DNA of 64,000 nt, from the IMG/VR virus record IMGVR_UViG_3300028586_000750; one strand, written 5' to 3'. The DNA is from a virus. Below, one piece after another: positions 29,959 to 39,408 of the stretch (its first letter is position 1; each line of letters opens with the position of its first letter). The notes under the pieces were generated by a model. That model saw only the letters and a program-made list of their open reading frames with translations. It ran no database searches and was not told the DNA's origin. The position numbers and the translations under genes were made by a program.

Positions 29959-30399
29959 CTACCTGCGTCGTACTTTACGTAAAGACTTAACAATACCAAC
30001 AACAGCAAGAATAAGACCTAAACCAAACAGACCGGCAGAAACAAAGAACCAAATTTGCGCTTGGTCGCCAGTTCCATCAACAAGAACATCAGGGCTACCA
30101 TCAGAATAGAAAACATCTAACTTGTAAGGTCCACCCTCTTCCTTATAAGGAATTTCAGTTGTAGCAAACGATGGAGCAGCAGCTTCGTATGTGGCATCAC
30201 CAATCTCATACTCAACAGTTGGATAAATTTCATATCCGTTCTTTGTCTCTTCAAAAGCGTAGCTCTTAACTATTGAAGAGACAGATGTGGCATTCGTAGC
30301 TGTGTCTTTAATTTGTAAACCATAGCCGCCAATTGCTGCACCACCTATAAGAGTGATGAGAGTAACGATTGCTAATGTGATTGTGCTCCAAAGTCGCAT
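29959..30399 (-). CDS. DUF3592-like membrane protein
   Basis: TM - YPTVEY...V.V.Y..GSP - TM architecture. Confidence 0.7.
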   Translation of the reverse strand: MRLWSTITLAIVTLITLIGGAAIGGYGLQIKDTATNATSVSSIVKSYAFEETKNGYEIYPTVEYEIGDATYEAAAPSFATTEIPYKEEGGPYKLDVFYSDGSPDVLVDGTGDQAQIWFFVSAGLFGLGLILAVVGIVKSLRKVRRR

Positions 30400-30989
30400 T
30401 ATTTTCCTTCTTTAAAAAATTGTTGTATTTGTTGAATGTCAGTAGGAGTAATTCCTTCTGCACTATGTGGTGTGTAAGTTACATGTTTAAGACCAAGAGA
30501 CACTAATTTGTTTTCAGCTTGTTCCGTAGTTGCCGTATCATCAATCCAAACAAATTTTTGCGAGGAATTGATACTCTCTGCTTTTAATAATGCATCCAGC
30601 TTCCCCACGTCTGAACCTTTATGGTCGTTCCATTCTAGGTATCCGACTGAATGAATATTAAAAAGTTTGTCAAGCTTATTTGGTGCTTCATGTCTCCATG
30701 TTGTTAACCAAATGAAATCAACATCTTCTTGCTGTGAAAGCTCACTCAGCTTTTCTGTTGAATGTGAGTTCCAAGATATATCTACTGAACGAGAACCTAA
30801 CCCGAAAAATACACAGTCGTTTAATCGCGCATAAGAGTTCCCTAGAGTTTCCATATCCAAATGTAGACGAAATAATTCATCAAATTCAGCTTCTGAATAA
30901 AACAAAGCAGCAACACCATCAACATCGCAATATACACGATGAGGAGCTTGTAGTGCTTTTATGTCAACACCAGGAATGTAACTAGACAT
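30399..30989 (-). CDS. HAD-superfamily phosphatase (Swiss Army Knife RNA-repair type), second copy
   Basis: YCDVDGV, WLTTW, FVWIDD. Confidence 0.82.
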   Translation of the reverse strand: MSSYIPGVDIKALQAPHRVYCDVDGVAALFYSEAEFDELFRLHLDMETLGNSYARLNDCVFFGLGSRSVDISWNSHSTEKLSELSQQEDVDFIWLTTWRHEAPNKLDKLFNIHSVGYLEWNDHKGSDVGKLDALLKAESINSSQKFVWIDDTATTEQAENKLVSLGLKHVTYTPHSAEGITPTDIQQIQQFFKEGK

Positions 30990-31127
30990 ACTTCTAGCAT
31001 AACTTACAAACTTAAAACGCAGCGGAAACGGCATTTTTGTTGATATTACAAGCTAATTAAGACAAATTATGTCAGATGTTTTATATCTTGCTGATAGAGT
31101 ATGTATAGGTTTAATTGAAAGGTTATA

Positions 31128-31412
31128 ATGCAAATTCTCAAACCCAAAGTTATTGGGTCAAACCCTAAAGTACCTGATTTACTCAAAAGTTATTACGAAA
31201 AAGACATAACTTTAGATGAGTTGTCAGATGCTTTTAATACCAAAGTAAAATGGGAGCACCGTGGAGTAGAAAACTCTAACCCTAATTGGTCCGCAACAAA
31301 TACATGGGCAACAGTGCATGACGCTTTGGGTGGCTTCTTGTCACAAGACGATTATATGGTTATTGCTCAAAGTTATGAAGACTACCAGGAAAAGGTGACA
31401 GCTAATGACTAA
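31128..31412 (+). CDS. hypothetical protein
   Basis: GAAAGG RBS. Confidence 0.7.
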   Translation: MQILKPKVIGSNPKVPDLLKSYYEKDITLDELSDAFNTKVKWEHRGVENSNPNWSATNTWATVHDALGGFLSQDDYMVIAQSYEDYQEKVTAND

Positions 31413-31695
31413 TGTCGTAGATGAACAAGGCATCCGTAATTTAGCTAAAGATTATGTTGTGAACATTGTTTTAGCTATTGTGGCTATTATTGCTATTTTC
31501 TTAATTTTTGGTTTCACTTTTGGTACCGGAAGTTTTTCTTTCTTATTCTTACTCATTCCTGTTCTTCCTTTTGGTATTGTGTTTTATTTACGCATGTTAA
31601 AAAGTAAGGACAAGTTTTACAATAAAATTACTATTCATGTAAAGAAGGACGTTCCTGCTCCGGTTGAAGATGAACCAAAAACCGAGGAATTGTAA
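31405..31695 (+). CDS. membrane protein
   Basis: Two TM helices. Confidence 0.75.
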   Translation: MTNVVDEQGIRNLAKDYVVNIVLAIVAIIAIFLIFGFTFGTGSFSFLFLLIPVLPFGIVFYLRMLKSKDKFYNKITIHVKKDVPAPVEDEPKTEEL

Positions 31696-31994
31696 AAACG
31701 TATTTTAAACAAGACAGGTCGTTATAAATAATATAAGAGGTTTGTTGATCTGTATTTATCCTTTAAAATAAACACCCCCATTAACCAGGGGTGTTTATTT
31801 TTGCCCAAAAGTTGCTAAAACCATTACGAGTGTGCTACAGTATAACTATAAGGAAATGAAGAAAACGTTAACTGAGAAGATTAACCTCATGACCGCAGAT
31901 TTGCTTGAAACACTGTAACATCTCTCTTCTCTCTCCTAATTAGTGTTTCAAGCCCATTGAAAAACCCCACGAAAATATAACGTGGGGTTTTTCT

Positions 31995-33050
31995 TTGCCC
32001 AAAATGCATTTTTCTGAGCTAAAACCAAAAAATATGGATAATAGAAGTATGCGTAAATCAAAAGACACTTCTTTATCTAACCCATCCGATAAAACCGGCA
32101 TGAGTAAAAGCAGACGCGGTTCCAAGAAGAAAACTGACACCAACAATGATGTTTTGGTTCTGGGTACAACCAGTACAGGCAAAACTGTAATTCCGGGTGA
32201 CCCATCTTCTGAGTTTGACCAAATATTACTTAAATCTGAAAGCGCTTCCTCAGATGAAGTCACATATAACGCTAACAACCAAAAAGTGACAGCAGAAGAT
32301 ATCAACAAAGAGGAAGAAGCAATTGGTGGGGAACCAACACCTGTAGCAGATGAACCTGACTTTTATGCTGATGAAGAAATCAAAAACTTAGCTGTTCTCC
32401 TCGAAGCTAATACTTCTCTTTCTACTGATGAGGCAGAAAAAGTTATTAGGGATGCAAAAGCAGAAGGAAAAACTAAGAAAGAAACACAAGCATTACTTGT
32501 TGCTAAACATGATGAAAAGAAAGCAGCAGCAGAAAAAGAAGAAGAGTTAAAAACTGTTCCTGTTACAGCTTTGGCTTCTACCGCAACAGCTAATTCAACT
32601 GAAACAACAGCACAGTCTAAGAGTGAAACAACTACTAGTACGCAAACAGCGGTTCTAGAAAGAGAACCAGAGCCAGAACTTGAACCAGTTGATGAAGAAG
32701 AATACGCAATTCTTTATTACAATCAGAAGCCAAAAGATTTTGGTGCTGGAAGTAATTGGTTCTTAGCTGCTTATGCTCTTATCTCTATTCCTCTACTTTA
32801 TGCAATTAACGGAGTGTTCAATTGGATTAGTGGTATCAAGCTACCAGACGCTGCACCTAGTGTTGGAACTTTTGGTTATAATAAAGAAATTTTCTTAGCT
32901 ACTGGTGTGATTGGCTTTATCGCATTTGTTCTTGGCGTACTTGGTCTACTTACCGCTAAAAAGTATGGTTATAGCATTTGGAGGTCAGTGGTAACAGTTG
33001 TTGGCGTTATTGCTATTGCTGTAGCTGCATACATCCTCTTTGTACAGTAA
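31995..33050 (+). CDS. acidic low-complexity protein with C-terminal TM helices
   Basis: Long E/T/A-rich N-terminal region, 3 TM at C-terminus. Confidence 0.75.
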   Translation: MPKMHFSELKPKNMDNRSMRKSKDTSLSNPSDKTGMSKSRRGSKKKTDTNNDVLVLGTTSTGKTVIPGDPSSEFDQILLKSESASSDEVTYNANNQKVTAEDINKEEEAIGGEPTPVADEPDFYADEEIKNLAVLLEANTSLSTDEAEKVIRDAKAEGKTKKETQALLVAKHDEKKAAAEKEEELKTVPVTALASTATANSTETTAQSKSETTTSTQTAVLEREPEPELEPVDEEEYAILYYNQKPKDFGAGSNWFLAAYALISIPLLYAINGVFNWISGIKLPDAAPSVGTFGYNKEIFLATGVIGFIAFVLGVLGLLTAKKYGYSIWRSVVTVVGVIAIAVAAYILFVQ

Positions 33051-33058
33051 AGGGAAAA

Positions 33059-33106
33059 GACATGAGTGAGGCCCCACCAGATATCTGGTGGGGCCTCACT
33101 CATGTC
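33059..33106. repeat. palindrome family member, 22-bp stem, preceded by GGGAAAAGACA
   Basis: gacatgagtgaggccccaccag atat ctggtggggcctcactcatgtc. Confidence 0.9.
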
Positions 33107-33115
33107 TTAATTTAT

Positions 33116-33334
33116 TTAACGTACGACTTCTTCAAGCGAAAGTCCCAAAATTTCTACACTATTAATATGAACTTCAAATTGGTTACCATCATTATTGTAA
33201 CCAGTGAATTTTGTGTATCCATCTTCAACGTCAACTGTATCAACGTGCTTTGGCACAAGCTCTAAGACACGAGGGTTTCTTGCAACGACTGTTAATGTGT
33301 AATCGTTATTTTCTGCGTTAGTTTTGATAGCCAT
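33116..33334 (-). CDS. hypothetical protein
   Basis: ORF track. Confidence 0.7.
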   Translation of the reverse strand: MAIKTNAENNDYTLTVVARNPRVLELVPKHVDTVDVEDGYTKFTGYNNDGNQFEVHINSVEILGLSLEEVVR

Positions 33335-33350
33335 ATTATAATACTAGCAT

Positions 33351-33539
33351 TTATTGCTGGCCAAGCTCATTAATTTCTTTCGTCTGCTTATCCAACGTAT
33401 CTTTAGTTTCATTAGCTTTATCCACTTGTTTAGTGTAACCACCTAAAGGATTTACAGGAGCATCATTTTTATCTCCACAAGCAGTTAAACCAAATAAGCT
33501 GGCACTGACAATTAAAGTAGTTGCAAGTATACGTTTCAT
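33351..33539 (-). CDS. small lipoprotein
   Basis: Lipobox LTAC; AAGGA RBS. Confidence 0.8.
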   Translation of the reverse strand: MKRILATTLIVSASLFGLTACGDKNDAPVNPLGGYTKQVDKANETKDTLDKQTKEINELGQQ

Positions 33540-33574
33540 TTTTTCCTTTTATAATACCTGCAACTAGTATCGTA

Positions 33575-33661
33575 TTATTCTTCAGTTTTGGCGTAACTTT
33601 TAAGCATGTGCCTTCCTGTAAGAACAGCAGCGACCATGACAATGACAGTGATAATTTCCAT
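33575..33661 (-). CDS. small membrane peptide (28 aa)
   Basis: Hand translation MEIITVIVMVAAVLTGRHMLKSYAKTEE; N-terminus resembles 33850 gene. Confidence 0.5.
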   Translation of the reverse strand: MEIITVIVMVAAVLTGRHMLKSYAKTEE

Positions 33662-33849
33662 ATCCCTATTCTAGCATAAGAAAATGTGAAGTGACAGTTA
33701 AGTAAAACTACGCATTCATCAGGCAATTCTGTTGTTTTTCTTACTTATGTGCGATACTATATATAGAGATTACAAATGTAACGGCGGCGTCGAGAGTAAC
33801 CCTTCTGGCGTCGTTATTTTATGCCCACAAGGCTATTGGAGAAAATCAA

Positions 33850-34026
33850 ATGGGAATTATTGTCACTGTCATTATTATCGCTGCTATTGTTGCTATCGCA
33901 TCAAAGCTTGGAGCGAAAAAGACTAAAGACCAAGAAGCATATGCAAATTATCTTCAAAGAGAACATGGTGTTTACACGGAGCGTCCTGACAATCGCTACG
34001 CACACATGATGAACGCTGGTCGTTAA
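33850..34026 (+). CDS. small membrane protein (58 aa)
   Basis: Hand translation MGIIVTVIIIAAIVAIASKLG...; GGAG RBS. Confidence 0.65.
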   Translation: MGIIVTVIIIAAIVAIASKLGAKKTKDQEAYANYLQREHGVYTERPDNRYAHMMNAGR

Positions 34027-34030
34027 AACA

Positions 34031-34058
34031 AAACCCCACCAATTACTTGGTGGGGTTT
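34031..34058. repeat. short palindrome family member
   Basis: aaaccccaccaa ttac ttggtggggttt. Confidence 0.75.
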
Positions 34059-34074
34059 CTTGTATATTCAACTG

Positions 34075-35016
34075 TTAAGAAAAAATATCAATCTGTTCAG
34101 TTTTTGTTGCTCTATATGGAACAAATGGTGTCGTAGGGTGTTCTTGCCACATGTCCGCTGGTTCACTCTTCTTTGTATCTTTCCAAGTTTCTTTAGCTGA
34201 ACCTTGAATTTGGTAATAATAACCATCACCGCTCACAGCCCAAACTGATGGTTTGTTCTTAGCCGCGTTAGAAGTTACAGAATCACCACTTGTTTTTAAA
34301 GCTTCTGGTACACCCTTGGAGAAAGCTCCATCTTTAAGAACATGTACTTCTGCTACTTCTGATAACGAAAGACTCATACTTGAATTGTAAAGGCTTACTC
34401 TAGAATGTCTAGGTTGACCAGATTCTGCACGAATGAAACTTCCTTTACTTAATTTACTAAAGAAGGAGTCTCGCTTAATACCTGGGATTAGACCATCGCC
34501 AGCACCATCATAAATTATTGAACCTGAAAGTGTTTTGATAGCTACAGGGGTGCCATATGGTACTTCTCTTAGCACTCGGTACGACTGATTGTAGGAGTCG
34601 TCAGTATTATCGAAAACGAAGCTATGTGTTGCATTATCTTCAACAAAACTGTTGAAAGCTTCATAACCTGGTTTAAGCACAGGATTGTTTTCAATGATTT
34701 CTTTACGGTAAGCAACAGCTTCTTCAAAACGACGTTTGATTTCTAGCTCTTCTGCAAAAGTATGAGGCTTATATTTTTCAATATAAAGTTCATGGCGACC
34801 TGCTGATGTTGCATCGTATGCTTTTTGGTCATGAGCAAGAAGTTGTTTTGCTTCACTTAGCTCTTCAAGGTTTGAAGCTAAATCGCATGCTTTTTTAGAC
34901 TCAAGAAGGTTAGAAGCGGCCAAGCTTGGGCTGAGAATTACAGCCGTAGCATTAGTCACCCCGTGGACACGACAAGTTGCTTTGTTTTTTGCTCTACAGA
35001 TAGTTGGATTACTCAT
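34075..35016 (-). CDS. hypothetical protein with N-terminal Cys/His module
   Basis: CRAKNKATCRVHG at N-terminus. Confidence 0.75.
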   Translation of the reverse strand: MSNPTICRAKNKATCRVHGVTNATAVILSPSLAASNLLESKKACDLASNLEELSEAKQLLAHDQKAYDATSAGRHELYIEKYKPHTFAEELEIKRRFEEAVAYRKEIIENNPVLKPGYEAFNSFVEDNATHSFVFDNTDDSYNQSYRVLREVPYGTPVAIKTLSGSIIYDGAGDGLIPGIKRDSFFSKLSKGSFIRAESGQPRHSRVSLYNSSMSLSLSEVAEVHVLKDGAFSKGVPEALKTSGDSVTSNAAKNKPSVWAVSGDGYYYQIQGSAKETWKDTKKSEPADMWQEHPTTPFVPYRATKTEQIDIFS

Positions 35017-35101
35017 AAGTTATATCTATCATAATTTTCTGTGAAAAACACATGTGGGGCACCCTATTTTTAATAAGGTGCCCCAACATTATATAATTAT
35101 G

Positions 35102-36247
35102 TTACTTGGTGCTTGGAGTGTATGAGTAAATAGTTGCCCAGTCAATCAATACGTGACCTGCCGTTGTTTTGGCAGGAATTTTCCCATCGGCTGTTTCTAC
35201 TTGCATTACCCAATGCATTTTTGCGGTAGGAATAGACTCTGTTGTTGAACCAACTGCAACACCATCAATGTAGTAAGTTAATCTTTCAGGTGTCCAGTCA
35301 ATTGTGTATGTATGCCAATCTGTGTATTTAGCATTCGTTTCTACAACCATGCAGTTATTGGCTGGTGCTCCAACGCAATGGTTGTAACCGCGTACGTTAC
35401 CGTTTAGTTCGCCTTCTGGGAAGTCAATTTCTCCATCGTTCCAGTTGTTGTCATCTGACCACAGTAGGAAAGCTGTTTTATATCCTTCTAAGCTGTCTGT
35501 TTTCATACGGACACTGAAACGACCGTATTGTTGTCCGCCCCATTGTTCGTTAACAAGAGGAATAGGCGCTGCTGTTTTAGGTCGACCATCTGCACCTGTG
35601 TGTAGGTACATGTCTAATTTGCTATCGTTAACTGAAATAATACTTTGGTCATAGTCACCATTTTTGAAAGTGTCAGTGAAACCATTGTAGCTCATCCACC
35701 ATCTTGCGTAAGGACCAGGGAAACCACCTGTAGCTACAGGGGTGTTAAAATCCTCGCTGTGGGTCTGAGTCCAGCCAGGCAGGTTTCCCTTAGGCATTGA
35801 TGGGTCGGCGCTCACAGTGGACGCTGGTGGCGCTACAGTAAAGGTTTTGGCGTTATCGCCACCTACTGTCACCCATTGGCCGTTATATAGGACGCAAGCA
35901 AAATAGTTATAAGTTCCAGCAGGTAAAGTCTTCGTCTTTGTTAATGTAGTACCTGTAGTGCTTATAGTCACATTATAACTTTCAGCAAAATCAACATTTT
36001 TATTAGAAGCATCACGAGCACAAATGCTAGCTGATGCTACCTTTGTTGTAAAAGATGATTTGATTGTTGCTTTAGCTGTAACGCTGTTTCCGGTTACATT
36101 TGCGCTCAGGTTTGAGACAGTAAATTTTGGAGTTGCAGCCGAAGCTGGAGTTGCAATCGTCAAAGCTAAAGTAGAAGCAGCTAAAAGGGCTAACCCAGTT
36201 TTAGCTAGAACTTTACGTCTAGGTTTGGTTGTTTTCAGAAGGGACAT
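35102..36247 (-). CDS. secreted GH16 glycoside hydrolase (beta-glucanase-like)
   Basis: Signal peptide ending ASA; YGRFSVRMK, GEIDFPEG (E-x-D-x-x-E catalytic motif), WHTYTIDWTP. Confidence 0.88.
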   Translation of the reverse strand: MSLLKTTKPRRKVLAKTGLALLAASTLALTIATPASAATPKFTVSNLSANVTGNSVTAKATIKSSFTTKVASASICARDASNKNVDFAESYNVTISTTGTTLTKTKTLPAGTYNYFACVLYNGQWVTVGGDNAKTFTVAPPASTVSADPSMPKGNLPGWTQTHSEDFNTPVATGGFPGPYARWWMSYNGFTDTFKNGDYDQSIISVNDSKLDMYLHTGADGRPKTAAPIPLVNEQWGGQQYGRFSVRMKTDSLEGYKTAFLLWSDDNNWNDGEIDFPEGELNGNVRGYNHCVGAPANNCMVVETNAKYTDWHTYTIDWTPERLTYYIDGVAVGSTTESIPTAKMHWVMQVETADGKIPAKTTAGHVLIDWATIYSYTPSTK

Positions 36248-36426
36248 AGAACAAGTCTTTCATGATGGGAAGCTATTTTTAACTTCCCTACTATTATCTG
36301 ACGCTATGTACCCCAAATAGGGCTAAGACGGGTGAGGAAAGGATTAGTAATAGGTGATACGTAAGGTGATACAAAAGCGGGTGAGGGTTATGCCTTAAGC
36401 AAAACCCTCACCCGCTAACTTCTATA

Positions 36427-36654
36427 TTAAGCCTTTTCCGTATCAAACGAAATTAAGTGTTCCCATGAAATACGCAAACGCTTAGTTTTATTACTAGTGT
36501 CCGCATACTCAAAAATCATATAATGCGGGTTTTCTGAGTTAAGCAACTTAATAAAAGGTGGCACTTTAACTAGGCGAGCAGCCAAAGGCGTCAAAACAAT
36601 GTTTACCTTATAAATATTGTTCGTTCGGACAACATCTTCCATATATTCAGTCAT
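36427..36654 (-). CDS. hypothetical protein
   Basis: Coupled to tyrS stop (TAATG). Confidence 0.65.
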   Translation of the reverse strand: MTEYMEDVVRTNNIYKVNIVLTPLAARLVKVPPFIKLLNSENPHYMIFEYADTSNKTKRLRISWEHLISFDTEKA

Positions 36655-37874
36655 TATAGATTTCCTTTTTCAACAAGAACAAAACGGTTTTTACCTCTTT
36701 TAAGAAGAACCGTTCCTTCAAGAGTAACATCACCAACAGCTTTCAACCCATTAATAGAGATACCACCATCTTTAATCAAACGACGAGCATCAGACAAACT
36801 AGAAGCAAGTTCAGCGTCAACCAAAGTTTTTGTCAAAACGTTACCAGAAGCAACAACACCAATTTCATGACCCAAAGCAGCTACACCTTGTTCATCAAGC
36901 TCAGTGAAAGCTTTCTTGCCAAAAAGGACATTGGTTACATCGCGTACAGTGTTAGCTTTAACTTCACCATGAACAAGCTTAGTTACCTCAAAGGCCAAAG
37001 CTTTCTGGGCTGCACGTTTGAATGGAGCATCTGCAACTTCTTTTTCAAGTGCTTCAATATCTTCACGAGGAAGAAGAGTAAAGATTTTAAGAAAATCAAT
37101 TACACTATCATCTGCGGTGTTAAGCCAGAACTGGAAGAACTCAAAGACGCTAGTCTTGTTCTCATCAAGCCAAATAGCACCGTTCTCTGTTTTACCAAAC
37201 TTTTTACCTGTTGCTTTGTTAACAACAAGGGGTGTGGTAAAGACATGAGCTTCTTGCCCGTCCATACGGCGAATAAGACTTGCACCGGCTGTGCTGTTAC
37301 CCCATTGGTCGCTACCGCAAAGCTGTAATGTTACACCTTTCTCACGGAATAAGTGTAGGAAGTCGTATGCCTGAATTAGAGAGTAACTGAACTCTGCAAA
37401 ACTAATACCAGTTGTCTCTAGACGTGACTGGACAAAACCTCGGGAAATCATTTGCGCTGTAGGAACATTCTTACCTACAGTCATAAGGAACTCAATGAAA
37501 TTGATATCTTTGAACCAGTCATGGTTATCAACAATTTCAAAATCTTGTCCAGCAAAAATCTGCTTGTATTGCTCAACAATAGCTGCTTTGTTACTGTTAA
37601 TTACATCACGTGTTTTGAGGTTACGTTCATCTTTTTTACCATCAGGGTCACCAATAAGACCTGTGGCTCCACCGACTAGAAGAACAGCTTCATGGCCATG
37701 GTTAATGAAATGCTTAACGAGCATTGCTGAGGCAAGATTACCAATGGTCATGGAATCAGCACTAGGGTCCACACCCCAGTAGAACTTACGAGAACCTTCA
37801 TCTAGGCGCGTAATATCGTCTAAAGTAGACTGATTGGCTAATCCTCGCCAAATCAGTTCTTCTGAAAGTTTCAT
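36654..37874 (-). CDS. tyrS: tyrosyl-tRNA synthetase
   Basis: YWGVDPSADSMTIGN, GGATGLIGDP, QAYDF, GSDQWGN, KFGKT, C-terminal S4-like domain. Confidence 0.97.
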   Translation of the reverse strand: MKLSEELIWRGLANQSTLDDITRLDEGSRKFYWGVDPSADSMTIGNLASAMLVKHFINHGHEAVLLVGGATGLIGDPDGKKDERNLKTRDVINSNKAAIVEQYKQIFAGQDFEIVDNHDWFKDINFIEFLMTVGKNVPTAQMISRGFVQSRLETTGISFAEFSYSLIQAYDFLHLFREKGVTLQLCGSDQWGNSTAGASLIRRMDGQEAHVFTTPLVVNKATGKKFGKTENGAIWLDENKTSVFEFFQFWLNTADDSVIDFLKIFTLLPREDIEALEKEVADAPFKRAAQKALAFEVTKLVHGEVKANTVRDVTNVLFGKKAFTELDEQGVAALGHEIGVVASGNVLTKTLVDAELASSLSDARRLIKDGGISINGLKAVGDVTLEGTVLLKRGKNRFVLVEKGNL

Positions 37875-37972
37875 TATTCCTCAAATGTAGTAGTTGAACT
37901 TTCATCATAGCAGTTTTATGCTTAAAAGTAAAATATGGTTACAAGCAACTTTAGCTTGTAACCATATTTTAT

Positions 37973-39016
37973 TTACCACTTCACAGGAACATAATCTGGG
38001 TTTGTTTTCATACGGATAAGGTCTTTTAGCCCTTGTACCATAAGAGAATTAGTTGTGCTATGAATATAATCTCGTTCAATGACTAGTTGTGAAATGAACT
38101 GTGTTAAGTTCATAATAGGAATTTCATTGCCCCAAAGCGCGTTATCAATCACACCTTCACCTTTTGTAGTAGGCATAAAAACAACAACCGGTTTAATTAC
38201 CGATTTTGGAAAATGCTGTTGCATGGTTTTTGTAATTCTGGATAAATGGTCATCTGTCCAAGTGGCTTCACCAATAAGCGCACCAGTAGGTACATCCTCA
38301 CAATAAAGTTGATAACCTTTTGAGTAATAACGCACATCACCGGATTTGAAGTTTTTAACATCTACAATATAGACTGTGTTACCAGTCATAAGGATGCAGT
38401 CAAATTCTTTGTTATTTGCAGCGGGTTTAAAGTCAGATTGAAGCGGATGAGGCACTGACCATACAGTTTGGAAGCGTTTAATAAGGCCAGAGGCATCTAA
38501 AGCTTTTGCAAAGTTTTTCCTGTTTCGGACAGGTACCCAATATTTTTTATCATACTCTGTAGACTCACCTGGATTTGGTGTTCTCATGCCAGGAGTTCCT
38601 ATCATGGCGTGCACCTTAGGCAACATACGAGCATCCAAAGTGTTAGGTTCATACCCCGTGATACGACCGGGAGCGGTAGCTTGAGCTATAGGTTCGATTA
38701 CAATAGGTTTTGCAGCAGCAACATTGGCGTCAGATGAAGTTTTGGCTTTAGCAACAAAAGCTTTACGCTCAGGAACAGGGTCATGTTCACTCCAACCAGT
38801 GGCTGCAATAATTGCTTTCTTCTTCCTAAGAAGTCTAATAATAGGGAAAGTAACAAACGTCTTGTTAAACCCAATTACCATAATGCAAGCAGCAATGATG
38901 GACACAATAATGATTTTGTCATCATAGGCAGACCTAGTAAACAATGTTTCTGCGATAATTAAACGCCAAGCGAACATCCAACTCATTTTAATAATATGGA
39001 CAAATTTTATAATCAT
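37973..39016 (-). CDS. membrane-anchored NERD-like PD-(D/E)xK nuclease
   Basis: N-terminal TM; EFDCILMTGNTVYIVDVKNFK. Confidence 0.72.
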   Translation of the reverse strand: MIIKFVHIIKMSWMFAWRLIIAETLFTRSAYDDKIIIVSIIAACIMVIGFNKTFVTFPIIRLLRKKKAIIAATGWSEHDPVPERKAFVAKAKTSSDANVAAAKPIVIEPIAQATAPGRITGYEPNTLDARMLPKVHAMIGTPGMRTPNPGESTEYDKKYWVPVRNRKNFAKALDASGLIKRFQTVWSVPHPLQSDFKPAANNKEFDCILMTGNTVYIVDVKNFKSGDVRYYSKGYQLYCEDVPTGALIGEATWTDDHLSRITKTMQQHFPKSVIKPVVVFMPTTKGEGVIDNALWGNEIPIMNLTQFISQLVIERDYIHSTTNSLMVQGLKDLIRMKTNPDYVPVKW

Positions 39017-39408
39017 ATGCTTCCTGCAATTGTTAATGTAAGTGATTAAACTTATTTTTAGCTTATTTATCTACCTTACTATATATAGGAGAATTATGCT
39101 AGTTAAATTTGCTTGAAAAGGTTATTAAATGAATTTAACTATTTTTCCCGATACTATCTTTAGACTATTAGACAAAATATACTTATATACAGTACGTTAA
39201 TGCTAAACATATCATAATGATAGTTGTTTTAGCGTTGAATATATCATTTTATTAAATGGATCTACAATGGTTGTTTGCAATGTACAACAAAGCAAACTAT
39301 AAATTAATAAGCTTTGCAGGTTAAAGTAAGTAAAATGTTTCATTGACGCAAGATTGTACCAACTTAGACAGCAAAAAGGTTCAAGCAATAAAGTCTATGG
39401 AGGACAAA

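Noticed and set aside
39016-39340. Very AT-rich intergenic region as a replication origin
   Set aside because: No iterons or DnaA-box cluster visible; explained as divergent promoter space
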